DNA from: Thermoproteota archaeon
Lineage (GTDB): Archaea; Korarchaeota; Korarchaeia; B14-G2
Assembly: GCA_037917675.1 (NCBI GenBank)
Contig: JAVCBW010000016.1
Location: 986 to 64,985, forward strand
DNA: 64,000 nt
Reading direction: 5' to 3'
Below are positions 27,620 to 37,947 of the stretch, piece by piece. A program made the position numbers and the translations under genes. Below the pieces are notes generated by a model. The model worked only from the letters and a program-made list of their open reading frames with translations. It made no database searches and was not told the DNA's origin. The number at the start of each line of letters is the position of its first letter. Position 1 is the first letter of the stretch.

Positions 27620-29146
27620 GTGCTTGCTATGCCTCTCAGCGAAGTAATGGAGATGGCTGCTAGGAGAGGATTCTTCTGGCAGGGTTTTCGTGATGTGTAC
27701 TCTGATGCGCCAGCAGGGCTATGGGTATATGGGCCTCTTGGAGTAAAGATGAAGAATAAGGTTGTAGAGCTCTGGAGAGAGAAGATTGTCAAGAGAGAGG
27801 AGGGAGTTGAGCTTGACTCAACATGCATATCTCCAGGCAAAGTCTTTGAAGCATCAGGGCATACAAAGCACTTTAACGACAAGCTAGTAGAGTGCCTGAA
27901 GTGCCACCATAGGTATAGGGCAGATATGCTATTAGAAGAGCAAGCTGGACTAACCGGATTAGAAGGGTTAAGTGAGGAGGAGCTGCATGAGCTGATGGTG
28001 GGGAAGAGCATTAGATGCCCTCAGTGTGGAAATGGCGAGTTCTCTGAGGTAAGAAAGTTTAACTTAATGTTTGAAATGAGAATAGGTGCTACTGGAAGAG
28101 ATATAGCATATTTGCGGCCAGAGACGACACAGAGCTCTGTAGTGGAGATAAGGAGACTCCAGCAGATAGCCAGAAACAAGCTTCCCTTAGTTGTGTGCCA
28201 AGTTGGTAAAGCCTTTAGAAATGAGATATCACCAAGACATGGGCTGATTAGAACTAGAGAATTCAACATGGCAGAGGTACAGGTATTCTTTGACCCAGAG
28301 TACCCAGACTATGAAGAGAAGTTCGAGAAGGTTAGAGGATACAGGCTTAGGTTCCTCCCAGCCTATGCGAGAGATACAGGAGAAGTCGTAGAGATGACGT
28401 GTGAAGAGGCGCTTACAGAGGGGTATACGATAAACAAGCTTGTCACATATTGGCTAGCACTATACCAGAAGCTAATGACAGAAGATTATGGGTTTTCTCT
28501 CGAGAGAGTGCGATATTATGAGTTAAATGAGCATGAAAGAGCCCATTATGCTAGAGCCCACTGGGACCTGCAGATATACAGTGAGGACCTAGGCTGGGTT
28601 GAGGTGGTCAATAATGCATATAGGACAGACCATGACTTAATAGGACATTCTAAGCTCTCAGGTAGAGAGCTGAGGCTGTATAGTGAGAAGAGGAAACAGA
28701 GCATTGTACCACACATGTATGAGCCTTCTATAGGGATAGACAGGCTCATCCTACACCTGCTTCTCCTTAACTACAGCAAGGAGGGAGAGAGGGTTGTAGA
28801 GAAGCTTCCTAGGAAGCTTGCTCCAATAGATGTAGCTGTCTTCCCGCTTGTAAACAAGCCTGAGCTCAACAAGCTAGCCTCAGAGATATACTACGACCTC
28901 CTTGAGGAATTTGAAGTGTTCTATGACGACTCAGGGAGTATAGGAAGGAGATACAGGAGGATGGATGAGATAGGTACTCCTGTATGTGTGACAGTAGACT
29001 ATCAGACACTCGAGGACAAGACGGTAACCATGCGAGATAGAGATACAATGAGCCAAGTCAGAGTACATGTCGATGAGCTAAAGTCTGCGATAAATAAGTT
29101 TATATCAGGAGAAGCTTTAGAGAAGCTTGGTACACCGGTCAAATGA
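27620..29146 (+). CDS. glyS: Glycyl-tRNA synthetase (archaeal/eukaryotic alpha2 type).
   Basis: 508 aa. RRGFFWQGFRDVYSDAPAGLWVYGPLG N-terminus and class II aaRS motifs. Zn-ribbon insertion CLKCHHRYRAD...CPQCGN typical of archaeal GlyRS. The start is GTG 27620 or ATG 27629. Confidence 0.9.
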   Translation: MLAMPLSEVMEMAARRGFFWQGFRDVYSDAPAGLWVYGPLGVKMKNKVVELWREKIVKREEGVELDSTCISPGKVFEASGHTKHFNDKLVECLKCHHRYRADMLLEEQAGLTGLEGLSEEELHELMVGKSIRCPQCGNGEFSEVRKFNLMFEMRIGATGRDIAYLRPETTQSSVVEIRRLQQIARNKLPLVVCQVGKAFRNEISPRHGLIRTREFNMAEVQVFFDPEYPDYEEKFEKVRGYRLRFLPAYARDTGEVVEMTCEEALTEGYTINKLVTYWLALYQKLMTEDYGFSLERVRYYELNEHERAHYARAHWDLQIYSEDLGWVEVVNNAYRTDHDLIGHSKLSGRELRLYSEKRKQSIVPHMYEPSIGIDRLILHLLLLNYSKEGERVVEKLPRKLAPIDVAVFPLVNKPELNKLASEIYYDLLEEFEVFYDDSGSIGRRYRRMDEIGTPVCVTVDYQTLEDKTVTMRDRDTMSQVRVHVDELKSAINKFISGEALEKLGTPVK

Positions 29147-32100
29147 ACTGATCTAAGGTAGACTGCAGCGACAAGTCTCTCTTTATCTTCTCAACCCCCT
29201 CTTCTTCCGATATGAGATCTCTCAGCTCTGATATGAGTATTTTAACTCTCTGCTTCAAGTAGCTTCCTACATCGTATTCCTCTGCAAGCTTCCTAGCTAG
29301 ATGTAAGTACTTCAGTATGCTATTAACACTTATAGTAGAGATCAGCTGCCGCTTACACCTAGGACACTGCCCAGATAGAGGTATTCTATTGAACTTCATA
29401 TTACAGAGTGGACACCGAAATGACTGCTGTGTGAATGTCCTTAGGTTTCCTATTATGTCTTTGAGAATATGTGATCTAAGCACCAGAGAAGCGACCTCAC
29501 TAGGGCTTGTGGCTATAGACTTCTCAGCTATCTCCATCTGCATCCTCAGCTTCATGTCCATCTTCTCTTTGCTTGCAGGAGAGCCCGCCTCTCCGCTTGA
29601 ATACGCTGATCTCAAGACTCCATGATAAATGCAGCTAGTATCATGAGTATACAGAGGCCTTCCCTTCCCATGTACATATATGTCTTCAAATGTCAAGAGC
29701 ATATGCCTTACGGAGCCTGGATGCATGAATTTCGCTGCAGCCTTATAGAACTCTAGAGGGTACCTACGAACAGCATCTACATTGTATACCTCATCATCTA
29801 CGGTATTCGGGTCTATTTTTGTTACTATAAATAGTGGAACATCCTCTATTCCACCGGTTTTATCTGGAATATATGACCTTGAGAAGTTTAGAAACACATC
29901 TAGGGCAAGCATCACAGAGTCCTCATCTCCATCACAGTTCCTCCTCTTAGCTGCATGGATCAACGGGTGTGCGAAAATAACCCTAGCTGGAGTATATCCT
30001 ATGATCCTACAAGCTATCGCTGTGAAGGTGTGAGGAGCCATTGTAAGACATATGTGGCCTATTAAATCCTCTAGGCTCTTTGCGTTATAGTAGGGAGGAA
30101 GGTTATACAGCTTGATAAGCAGGTCGTCTATGAAGTTAGCTACCCTAACCAGGTATTCACCTGCTTCTCTCGGCAGGATTATGTCTTGTGGCTTCAGCTC
30201 CAGCATCTGGTCGCTTTTCTCAAGAGGCCTGCCCTCGATATCATTTATGTACCCAAGCTCGCGTAGCTTCTCGACACTAACTCCTATCTCAAGTGGCTTG
30301 AAGTGTGTGAGAGGTGCATCAGTTGAGTCAAAGCGGCAAGTCCCATCCTTGAAGACGTACACGCCATGCTTAGCCCTTAATAGCCCTTTTTCGATGGGCT
30401 CAGGAATCTTGTCCTGATTTATCAGCCCCTCAACGCCTCTGAGTGTATCTAACACAGCGTCTAGAGGGACACCAACTCTCTTTGAGGCTTTCTCGATGAG
30501 AGATTTGACGTCAAGCTTTCTTCTCTGATATCTAACACCAGGAACCTTATGCTCCTTACAGAGTCCATTGACCTCCCTTCCACAGACTGGGCATGTTTGG
30601 ATAGGCTTTACCCTTATCCTACAGTTTGGGCAAAAGGGATATGGTGACCTCATCCCACAGTTTAGGCAGACACCATTATAGACTTCTATGGGAGTAGGGG
30701 ACTCTAGTAGTGAGGCTATCTTCCTAGATCTGCCTCTCTGTATGCCAACTGGAAACAAGACGTTGACTTTCTTCATAACCCTGGGCTTAGCTTTCTCTGG
30801 GCGACCCATTCTAGCTCCTATGTAGAATGAGGATTTGGCTCTCTGTGGGACAAGCGAAATCTTATTGAGCGCATCTAAGGTCTCGAACTCTCTGAACTCT
30901 GATAGCACCCCCTCCCTATATCCCTTGACAGAGACCAGTAGGACTATTGACCACGGTGGGTCTACCAGTATCTTGTCTCCATCTAGCTTGTGTGGGCAGC
31001 ATATGGACTCTAGAATTCTCTTAAGCTTCCTGTCTAGTGGAAGCTTTAACGTGAAGTTGCTGGTGTATTCATCTGGCTGAGAAGAGTGAGCCTTGTGTAA
31101 TGCCTTGGACAAGTACTCTAGCTCTGGAACAGTTATGTGACTCCATAGTAAAGTATAGTATGGGTGCAGTGGTATACCAAGCTTCAAGCTCAGTTCAATA
31201 GCTACATCGATTGAAGGATGCTGCCTTAAAGGGTCTTTTAGAACAAGCTCTACTGCTGCAGGATGCTCATGTAGCCTGTTTAGCTTTTCCCTCAGCTCCT
31301 CAACCCACCATTCCTCACAGTATCCTGAAGGAAGAAGCACGGTGTTATTCTCTAGAAACTCCCCGTAGGCTACTAGTATATCTCCACCAAACAACACCTT
31401 CTCTACATGTGGAGCTACCTTAGAAGCATCTCTATACGTCTCTAGCTTCATGACGCTGCCGTCCTTCAATAGGACTACTGGAGCCTCTATGGTGTCTACT
31501 GGCATGACTATAGCGCTTTTACCTGGTCTCTCCACCCTGAGCTGCGTTCCCACAGCAATGAACCCATTATATATGGCCATCGTAGCAGGATGCATACCGA
31601 TTGCAGCCAGTCCAGTGTTTCTAGCTCTCCCATATCGCAACCTAAAGCCTCCCTTTCTAAGCGGTAATGAGAAAACAGGTCTGCCTAGCACCACATCCTC
31701 TAGGTAGGCTCTCTTAGGATAGATCACTGGAGAAGCTCTGCGTGCACCTTGCTCCCTAGGTGTATGTGTGAACTCCTTAAGCCACTCCCATCCGCTTATA
31801 TTGAGATCTGAGAGTATTTTGAGTAGCTTGGCAGCTTTCTGTAAGAGACAGTCATTTATTACAAGGACAGCGCCGCCTCTAACCCTATTGGTCTCCACAT
31901 TATACACGTCCCTGTATGCAACAACCTCGATACTATGCGTCGGCGGTCCTGTCACCTCTACTGGAAGCCTTCTACATATCTTCTCTATGTCAGCAGGTCT
32001 TGACGCCGTATACTGCACACTCTCATACTGCTTGTAAAGCAGAACCTCCTCAACATACCTACCTACATGCTCCTCCGTAGGCTGGAAGCTCTCTAACCCT

Positions 32101-32579
32101 ATTTTCCTCCTCAAGACGTCGAGAAGGACCACAGATAGAGCCCCCTCTGTGGCTCCAGCTGTCCTTATCGGACCAGAATAGTATATTGCAGCGTACATTG
32201 ACCTATCGGGGTTATACTTCACTCTGACATCATGTATGCCTTCTACAGCAGCTGAGACTGTGCAGTCAGTTATGACTGTAAGACCTACTTTGACGGCGAT
32301 CTCCATAGCTTCGCTTGGCTCCAGCTCTGGTAGAAGGCTCCTTAGCACATACTCTGCTGAGAGAAATGCAGCCTCATATTTGCTTTTAGCCTCTCCTAAC
32401 GCCCTTCTAACTATCTCCTTGAGCTCGTTGCGGCCGAAAATCAGCCCTATCCTTTCAGGAACATCGTTGGCAATATGACATTCTACGACCATATCTGGAT
32501 CTATACCTCTTGCTCTAGCTTTGGATGCAATGGAGTATGCTTCTGAGACCTTCTCTTCAATGTACTTGAGATAGCTCAT
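29139..32579 (-). CDS. polD2: DNA polymerase D (PolD, DNA polymerase II) large catalytic subunit DP2.
   Basis: 1146 aa. N-terminal YIEEKVSEAYSIASKARARGIDPD is conserved in DP2. Multiple Zn-finger motifs (CLNCGMRSPYPFCPNC, CPVCGREVNGLC, CPLCN...CPRC). Convergent with glyS, with an 8-nt overlap. Confidence 0.85.
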   Translation of the reverse strand: MSYLKYIEEKVSEAYSIASKARARGIDPDMVVECHIANDVPERIGLIFGRNELKEIVRRALGEAKSKYEAAFLSAEYVLRSLLPELEPSEAMEIAVKVGLTVITDCTVSAAVEGIHDVRVKYNPDRSMYAAIYYSGPIRTAGATEGALSVVLLDVLRRKIGLESFQPTEEHVGRYVEEVLLYKQYESVQYTASRPADIEKICRRLPVEVTGPPTHSIEVVAYRDVYNVETNRVRGGAVLVINDCLLQKAAKLLKILSDLNISGWEWLKEFTHTPREQGARRASPVIYPKRAYLEDVVLGRPVFSLPLRKGGFRLRYGRARNTGLAAIGMHPATMAIYNGFIAVGTQLRVERPGKSAIVMPVDTIEAPVVLLKDGSVMKLETYRDASKVAPHVEKVLFGGDILVAYGEFLENNTVLLPSGYCEEWWVEELREKLNRLHEHPAAVELVLKDPLRQHPSIDVAIELSLKLGIPLHPYYTLLWSHITVPELEYLSKALHKAHSSQPDEYTSNFTLKLPLDRKLKRILESICCPHKLDGDKILVDPPWSIVLLVSVKGYREGVLSEFREFETLDALNKISLVPQRAKSSFYIGARMGRPEKAKPRVMKKVNVLFPVGIQRGRSRKIASLLESPTPIEVYNGVCLNCGMRSPYPFCPNCRIRVKPIQTCPVCGREVNGLCKEHKVPGVRYQRRKLDVKSLIEKASKRVGVPLDAVLDTLRGVEGLINQDKIPEPIEKGLLRAKHGVYVFKDGTCRFDSTDAPLTHFKPLEIGVSVEKLRELGYINDIEGRPLEKSDQMLELKPQDIILPREAGEYLVRVANFIDDLLIKLYNLPPYYNAKSLEDLIGHICLTMAPHTFTAIACRIIGYTPARVIFAHPLIHAAKRRNCDGDEDSVMLALDVFLNFSRSYIPDKTGGIEDVPLFIVTKIDPNTVDDEVYNVDAVRRYPLEFYKAAAKFMHPGSVRHMLLTFEDIYVHGKGRPLYTHDTSCIYHGVLRSAYSSGEAGSPASKEKMDMKLRMQMEIAEKSIATSPSEVASLVLRSHILKDIIGNLRTFTQQSFRCPLCNMKFNRIPLSGQCPRCKRQLISTISVNSILKYLHLARKLAEEYDVGSYLKQRVKILISELRDLISEEEGVEKIKRDLSLQSTLDQFI

Positions 32580-32642
32580 GTCTAGTATGGCTCTCTAACC
32601 TAACTTTTTTAGCTTACTCTTGAGAGAGTATGTGGGGATATC

Positions 32643-32876
32643 TTGGGAGGAAGGAGGAAGAAGAAGCGTATAATTAGGAGAAGGCCAAGGAGACCGAGGT
32701 CCATATATCCCTGTCCAATATGCCAGAGAGATGGAGTTATAGTGAAAGTAGATAAAAGGGAGAAGAAAGCTGCTGTAGCATGTATGTTCTGTGGTTTTAG
32801 CGACACTATAGAGGTCATGCCAGGAGAGGAGAAGATTGACATATATAGTAGAGTTGTAGATAAAGTCATTGAGTAA
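32643..32876 (+). CDS. elf1: Transcription elongation factor Elf1 homolog (Zn-ribbon protein).
   Basis: 77 aa. Highly basic N-terminus. C4 zinc ribbon (CPICQ...CMFCGF) and a DIYSRVVD motif corresponding to the DVY..W.D motif of Elf1. Confidence 0.65.
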   Translation: MGGRRKKKRIIRRRPRRPRSIYPCPICQRDGVIVKVDKREKKAAVACMFCGFSDTIEVMPGEEKIDIYSRVVDKVIE

Positions 32877-33564
32877 GCTTAAGGTAAATAGAGCGAAGAA
32901 CCTCTTTAGAGAGGAAGAGTACAAACAGCATCGTTTCCCTAAGTGGATTTATCTTTGACTTAGAGCCTGAGTAGGAGACTGCTACAGGCACTTCGCCCAT
33001 CTTCAGCTTGCTTCTGGCCGCATCTACTAGGATCTGGCTTTCAACAAGGTAGCCACGTTCACGTATAGGTACCTTCTTCAAGGTAGTTCGTGTGAAGGCT
33101 CTAAGGCCACACTGGGTGTCTTTAACAGGTATTTTGAACAGTATCCTTAGGAGTGCTGATGAAATGATATTTGATAGCCTTCTGACAAAGGGTATTTCTT
33201 TGCTTAGCTCTCTGCAACCAACTACGATATCATATCCTTCATTTAACTTCGTGATGAGCTTGGGGATCTCTGCTGGGTTATACTGCGCATCTCCATCAAT
33301 AGCCACTATGACATCAGCATCAAGTTCAAGTGCCTTGCTTATACCAGTTTTTAGAGCAGCACCCTTACCCATATTTTTCGGGTGCTGTAGTACTATTGCT
33401 CCAGCCTCGACTGCCATATCATATGTCTCATCAACTGACCCATCATCTACTACTATAATGGAGTCTACATATGAGCCTAGTTCCCTAACCAGCTTTCCTA
33501 TACTCTCTTCCTCATTGTATGCTGGTACCACAGCTATGACTTTCTTACCCAAGTTTGGCTTCAT
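32866..33564 (-). CDS. Family-2 glycosyltransferase (dolichyl-phosphate sugar synthase-like, Dpm1/AglJ-like).
   Basis: 232 aa. VVPAYNEEESIG...VVDDGSVDET...DGDAQ DxD-type GT-A motifs and a C-terminal TM segment. Confidence 0.8.
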   Translation of the reverse strand: MKPNLGKKVIAVVPAYNEEESIGKLVRELGSYVDSIIVVDDGSVDETYDMAVEAGAIVLQHPKNMGKGAALKTGISKALELDADVIVAIDGDAQYNPAEIPKLITKLNEGYDIVVGCRELSKEIPFVRRLSNIISSALLRILFKIPVKDTQCGLRAFTRTTLKKVPIRERGYLVESQILVDAARSKLKMGEVPVAVSYSGSKSKINPLRETMLFVLFLSKEVLRSIYLKLTQ

Positions 33565-34117
33565 TATATCCTCTCTTAACAGCCTCTATGTTTTTCTCAA
33601 GCATGCCCCCAGACCATCTCCTCTGGATAGCCTTTAGCACAGAATCTAGGCTGGTTAGCTTAGAGGCCTTTACGACAGCCCCTAGCATCGCAGTATTCGG
33701 GACAACGAGGCCAGCTACAGTTAGCCCAAGTTCTGTTGCTATCCTGACGGCATCGAGGGTAGCTACTCTGCAGTTGGTGAGAGACAGCTCAGACCTCAGT
33801 TTGCTTGGAGCCAGCTGCGAGTTAATTACTATCAGACCACCAGGCTTTAGCCCCTCGGTTACGTCAATGACATCGTATATCATTGGGTCTAAGACAACAA
33901 CGACATCTGGGTTGTATATCATGCTCCTTATGTGTATTGGTGACTCGGATATTCTGGTGAAGGCCTGAACCGGAGCTCCTCTCCTCTCTGCTCCAAAGAA
34001 TGGAAATGATTGAGCCCACTTTCCTTCTAGGAAACATGCTTCAGCTAATATTTCACTTGCAATGACAAGACCCTGCCCACCACGACCATGCCACCTTACC
34101 TCAACCACCCTCGGCAA
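33545..34117 (-). CDS. porG: 2-oxoacid:ferredoxin oxidoreductase gamma subunit (pyruvate/2-ketoisovalerate Fd oxidoreductase gamma).
   Basis: 190 aa. RWHGRGGQGLVIASEILAEA...FGAERRGAPV matches POR/KOR gamma subunits. No alpha, beta or delta subunit genes are adjacent. Confidence 0.8.
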   Translation of the reverse strand: MPRVVEVRWHGRGGQGLVIASEILAEACFLEGKWAQSFPFFGAERRGAPVQAFTRISESPIHIRSMIYNPDVVVVLDPMIYDVIDVTEGLKPGGLIVINSQLAPSKLRSELSLTNCRVATLDAVRIATELGLTVAGLVVPNTAMLGAVVKASKLTSLDSVLKAIQRRWSGGMLEKNIEAVKRGYNEAKLG

Positions 34118-34140
34118 GATGACACCTCACATAGCTTTAG

Positions 34141-34214
34141 CGGCCCCGGTGGGATTTGAACCCACGCCACAGGCTCCGAAGGCCTGCACCCTATCCGAGC
34201 TAGGCTACGGGGCC
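34141..34214 (-). tRNA. tRNA-Arg (anticodon TCG).
   Basis: Reverse complement GGCCCCGTAGCCTAGCTCGGATAGGGTGCAGGCCTTCGGAGCCTGTGGCGTGGGTTCAAATCCCACCGGGGCCG. 7-bp acceptor stem. Anticodon stem CAGGC/GCCTG with loop CTTCGGA. T-arm GTGGG-TTCAAAT-CCCAC. Confidence 0.85.
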
Positions 34215-34334
34215 ATCTACAGACACCTAGATTTATCTACTCCAGCTGGGGTTATAACATTTATGTGGATGGTTATGGAAGAGCAGATGCTTGGTATATA
34301 CCAACACTTAAAATGCAGTATGGTTAAGATTTGT

Positions 34335-34344
34335 TTTAATAAAC
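34335..34344 (+). promoter_or_regulatory. TATA box of the rpoH-rpoB-rpoA-rpl30e-nusA-rps12-rps7 operon.
   Basis: TTTTAATAAA is centred about 33 nt upstream of the rpoH ATG (34373), which would give a near-leaderless transcript. A purine-rich BRE-like stretch lies upstream. Confidence 0.4.
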
Positions 34345-34372
34345 TCTTTCTACATGAGGGGATGTAGGTAGG

Positions 34373-34606
34373 ATGGGGGCTAGGTCTCGTAAGCTCATGC
34401 ATAGGCTTTTACCCCCCTATAGGAAGATCAGTGATGAGGAGAAGAGAAGGCTAGTCGAGAAGTATGGGGACATCAGTTTGTTCCCGACTATACTGTCTAC
34501 AGATCCTGTTGTGAAAGCTCTTGGTGCCAAGCCAGGTGATGTTATCGAGTTCGGGCGTGAGAGAGGAGGGAAGTACTATCGCGTAGTGGTTGAAGCGGGG
34601 GTGTAA
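34373..34606 (+). CDS. rpoH: RNA polymerase subunit H (Rpo5).
   Basis: 77 aa. HRLLPPYRKIS...DPVVKALGAKPGDVIEFGRE...YYRVVV aligns with archaeal RpoH (HYLVPKHEVL ... AKPGDIIRI). Confidence 0.85.
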   Translation: MGARSRKLMHRLLPPYRKISDEEKRRLVEKYGDISLFPTILSTDPVVKALGAKPGDVIEFGRERGGKYYRVVVEAGV

Positions 34607-34608
34607 AT

Positions 34609-37600
34609 ATGGTTCTAACAAAGGATGATATTAAACTCCTAGTAGAAAGCTGCTTTAAGGAGAGGTCTCTTGTTGAGTTCCATATAAGGTCGTATAACTG
34701 GCTAATAGACAGAGGGCTACAGGAGGTTGTGAATGAAGTTCACGAAATAGAGATCGATAAGAGGAATAAAGTTGTCTTCGGTAAGATAGAGGTTGGAAAG
34801 CCGGAAATAATAGAACCAGAGGGAGGAAGACCCTATGAAGGAGTTCCTCCATCTGAGTGTAGGCTCCGAGATCTAACTTATGCTGCACCACTCTATCTTT
34901 ACATGCACATATATGTCGATGGAATAGAGGAGAAAGTTGAGAGACATAGGATAGGTATAATACCGATCATGGTGAAGTCGTCTAAATGCGTCTTATCTAA
35001 TAAAAGTCACGAAGAGCTCATTAAGCTTGGAGAAGACCCGTTTGATCCTGGAGGCTACTTTATAATACATGGTGGAGAGCGGGTCATAGTACCTAGGGAA
35101 GAGCTTGCTGTAAATCAGTTTGTAGTCGAGAAGGAGAAGGAGGGAAGAGTAGCAGCTAGAGGGAAGATATACTCTAGAAAGGCAGGGACAAGGTCGTATT
35201 TCGCGTTAGAGCTAAACAAGGATGGTACGGTGGCAGCGAGTATACCCAGAACTACTGCAAAGATCCCTGCTATAGCCCTAATAAAGGCGCTAGGGCTTGT
35301 TAAAGACAGGGATATAATAGATGCAGTGTCATCTGAGGAGAACATAAGGATGGAAATATACCCTGCAATAGAGGAAGTAAGCTCACTCACTAGCAGAGAG
35401 GCTGCACTCGACTACATAGGTAGGAGGGTGTTTACAGGGCTTCCTAAGCAGGAGAGAGTCCAGAGGACAGAAGCTATGCTACAAAAAGAGTTTCTACCAC
35501 ATGTCGGGACAACACCACAGGACAACTTGAAGAAGGCATATCTGCTGGCTAAGATGATAGAGAAGTTAATTAAGGTAGGGCTTGGAGTAGTCCCACCAGA
35601 TGACTTAGATCACTATGCTAACAAGCGAGTCAGGCTAGCAGGGGATCTCCTTCAAGAGCTTTTCAGGCGGTCGTTCACAAGGATGGCTAGAAGGATGGAA
35701 GCGCATATAAGAGAGAGAATGGCCTCTGGTGCAACAGACTTAAAGGAAGTTAAGCTCAAGACCTGCATACAAACTGACTATATAGAGCAGGGGTTCCTCA
35801 CACCGATGGCGACAGGAAACTGGGGGAGAGGAGAGACAGGCGTATCCCAGCTGTTGGACAGAACAAATATAATATCAACGCTATCTCACATGAGGAGAGT
35901 AGTATCCCCGCTTACAACAGCTTATGCTCACTTTGAAGCCAGAGAGCTCCACCCATCTAGCTATGGGAGGCTTTGCAGCGTTGAAACACCAGAGGGAGTG
36001 AACTGCGGGCTGGTAAAGAACCTAGCTATCTTCGCAGAGATAACAAGCGACGAGGATCCAAGCAGTGTTATCCAGGAGTGCTATAGGCTTGGAGTGAAGC
36101 CTATTGAGGAAGTCGAGCCAAGAGAGTTTGGAGCCAAGACTGTAGTGATGGTTAACGGCGCCCCAATAGGAGTCATAGATAGCCCAGAGCATCTTGTAAA
36201 GGAGCTGAGAGAAAACAGAGCTATCATCTCGCTGCAAATGAATGTCTCGTATAAGAGAGAAGAGAAGATAGTATCTATTAATGTCGATGGAGGGAGGGTA
36301 AGGAGGCCACTCATACCTGTCAGGAGGCTACCTGAGCTTAAGAAGAGGCTCCACCTGCTTAAGAAGGGAGCCATATCATTCAGTAAGCTAGTCAAGGATG
36401 GGTTAATAGAGTTCATAGATGCAGAAGAGGAGGAAGATCTGCTAGTAGCTACCACGCTAGACCAGCTGACACCTGAACATACACACTTAGACCTAGCGCC
36501 ATTCTCCCAGTTTGGACTCTGTGCAAACATGATACCATATGCAGAACACAACAATGCTACAAGAAACGTCATGGGAGCGAACATGACAAGGCAAGCGCTT
36601 GGGCTCCATGCTGCAAACTGGATAATGAGAGCAGACTCCAGGTTCCATATCCTATATTATCCTCAGAGGCCTATAGTAGAGACAGTAGGGGCTAAGATAA
36701 TAGGATATCCGAGAAGGCCAGCAGGACAAAACTTAGTTGTGGCTCTAATAGCTTTTGAAGGATATAACATGGAGGATGCTGTCATACTTAACAAAGGTGC
36801 TGTAGACAGAGGGATGGGAAGATCAACTTTCTTTAGGATATACTCAGATGTCGAGAAGAGGTACAGGGGAGGGCTAGAGGATAGGTTCGAGATACCAGAC
36901 CCTAAGAGCACGAGAGGTACTAGGATCTCAGAGGCGTACTCGAGCCTAGGTGACGATGGGATAGCTGAAGTAGAACAGAGGGTATCTGGCGGAGACATCC
37001 TGATAGGGAAGACAAGCCCACCGAGGTTTATCGGAGAATACTTGGAGTATAGGAGGAGACCCGTGCTTGAGAGAAGAGACACCTCTGTTGAAGTAAGGCA
37101 TGGAGAGTCTGGAATCGTGACGCTAGCAACACTCTATGAGAATGAGAACGGGTATAGAGCAGCTAGAGTAGTGGTCAGAGACATTAGAATCCCTGAGCTA
37201 GGAGACAAGTTTGCGACTAGACATGGACAGAAGGGAGTTGTAGGGATGATATACCCGCAAGAAGATATGCCATTTACAGAAGATGGTGTAACACCTGACA
37301 TAATACTGAACCCTCATGCTATAGCATCCAGAATGACAGTAGGCCAGCTTATAGAGCTCCTAGCTGGCAAAGTCGGAGCTCTAGAAGGAAGCATAGTAGA
37401 CGGAACCCCCTTTATAGGGAGGCCTGTAGAAGACCTCAAGAAGACCCTACTTGAGCTAGGGTTTGAACCTGGTGGGACTGAAGCAATGTACGATGGGAGG
37501 ACAGGTGAGATAATCGAAACTGAGATATTCATAGGAGTTGGCTTTTATCAGAAGCTGCATCACATGGTGAGAGATAAGATACATGCTAGAGCTAGAGGGC

Positions 37601-37947
37601 CAGTAGACGTATTGACTAGACAGCCTCCAGAAGGCAGATCTAGAGAAGGAGGGCTGAGAGTAGGTGAGATGGAGAAGGAGGCTATGGTAGGGCATGGTGG
37701 AGCTATGCTGGCTTATGATAGGCTGATAGAATGCTCTGACAAGACGGTGATATATGTATGCAGGAAATGCGGGTTGCTAGGCTACTACGACAAGTTCAGA
37801 GATGACTTCGTATGTATACTTTGCGGTGATAAAGGAGATGTTGTCCCTGTGTCAACAGGCTATGCGTTCTTCCTATTTCTCAGAGAGCTTATATCGGCTG
37901 GTATAAGACCTAGGTTAAAGCTTAAGGAGGTGTCTGAAGTTGTCTAG
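34609..37947 (+). CDS. rpoB: RNA polymerase subunit B (Rpo2), unsplit.
   Basis: 1112 aa in one ORF. Conserved RpoB blocks (GFLTPMATGNWG, NMEDAVILN, GQKGVVG, GEMEKEAMVGHG) and C-terminal Zn motif CRKCG...CILCG. Confidence 0.95.
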   Translation: MVLTKDDIKLLVESCFKERSLVEFHIRSYNWLIDRGLQEVVNEVHEIEIDKRNKVVFGKIEVGKPEIIEPEGGRPYEGVPPSECRLRDLTYAAPLYLYMHIYVDGIEEKVERHRIGIIPIMVKSSKCVLSNKSHEELIKLGEDPFDPGGYFIIHGGERVIVPREELAVNQFVVEKEKEGRVAARGKIYSRKAGTRSYFALELNKDGTVAASIPRTTAKIPAIALIKALGLVKDRDIIDAVSSEENIRMEIYPAIEEVSSLTSREAALDYIGRRVFTGLPKQERVQRTEAMLQKEFLPHVGTTPQDNLKKAYLLAKMIEKLIKVGLGVVPPDDLDHYANKRVRLAGDLLQELFRRSFTRMARRMEAHIRERMASGATDLKEVKLKTCIQTDYIEQGFLTPMATGNWGRGETGVSQLLDRTNIISTLSHMRRVVSPLTTAYAHFEARELHPSSYGRLCSVETPEGVNCGLVKNLAIFAEITSDEDPSSVIQECYRLGVKPIEEVEPREFGAKTVVMVNGAPIGVIDSPEHLVKELRENRAIISLQMNVSYKREEKIVSINVDGGRVRRPLIPVRRLPELKKRLHLLKKGAISFSKLVKDGLIEFIDAEEEEDLLVATTLDQLTPEHTHLDLAPFSQFGLCANMIPYAEHNNATRNVMGANMTRQALGLHAANWIMRADSRFHILYYPQRPIVETVGAKIIGYPRRPAGQNLVVALIAFEGYNMEDAVILNKGAVDRGMGRSTFFRIYSDVEKRYRGGLEDRFEIPDPKSTRGTRISEAYSSLGDDGIAEVEQRVSGGDILIGKTSPPRFIGEYLEYRRRPVLERRDTSVEVRHGESGIVTLATLYENENGYRAARVVVRDIRIPELGDKFATRHGQKGVVGMIYPQEDMPFTEDGVTPDIILNPHAIASRMTVGQLIELLAGKVGALEGSIVDGTPFIGRPVEDLKKTLLELGFEPGGTEAMYDGRTGEIIETEIFIGVGFYQKLHHMVRDKIHARARGPVDVLTRQPPEGRSREGGLRVGEMEKEAMVGHGGAMLAYDRLIECSDKTVIYVCRKCGLLGYYDKFRDDFVCILCGDKGDVVPVSTGYAFFLFLRELISAGIRPRLKLKEVSEVV

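Noticed and set aside
29139-32579. Intein or mobile insertion inside the PolD DP2 gene
   Set aside because: The 1146-aa length is within the normal intein-free DP2 range. No intein block motifs or homing-endonuclease-like segments were noticed.
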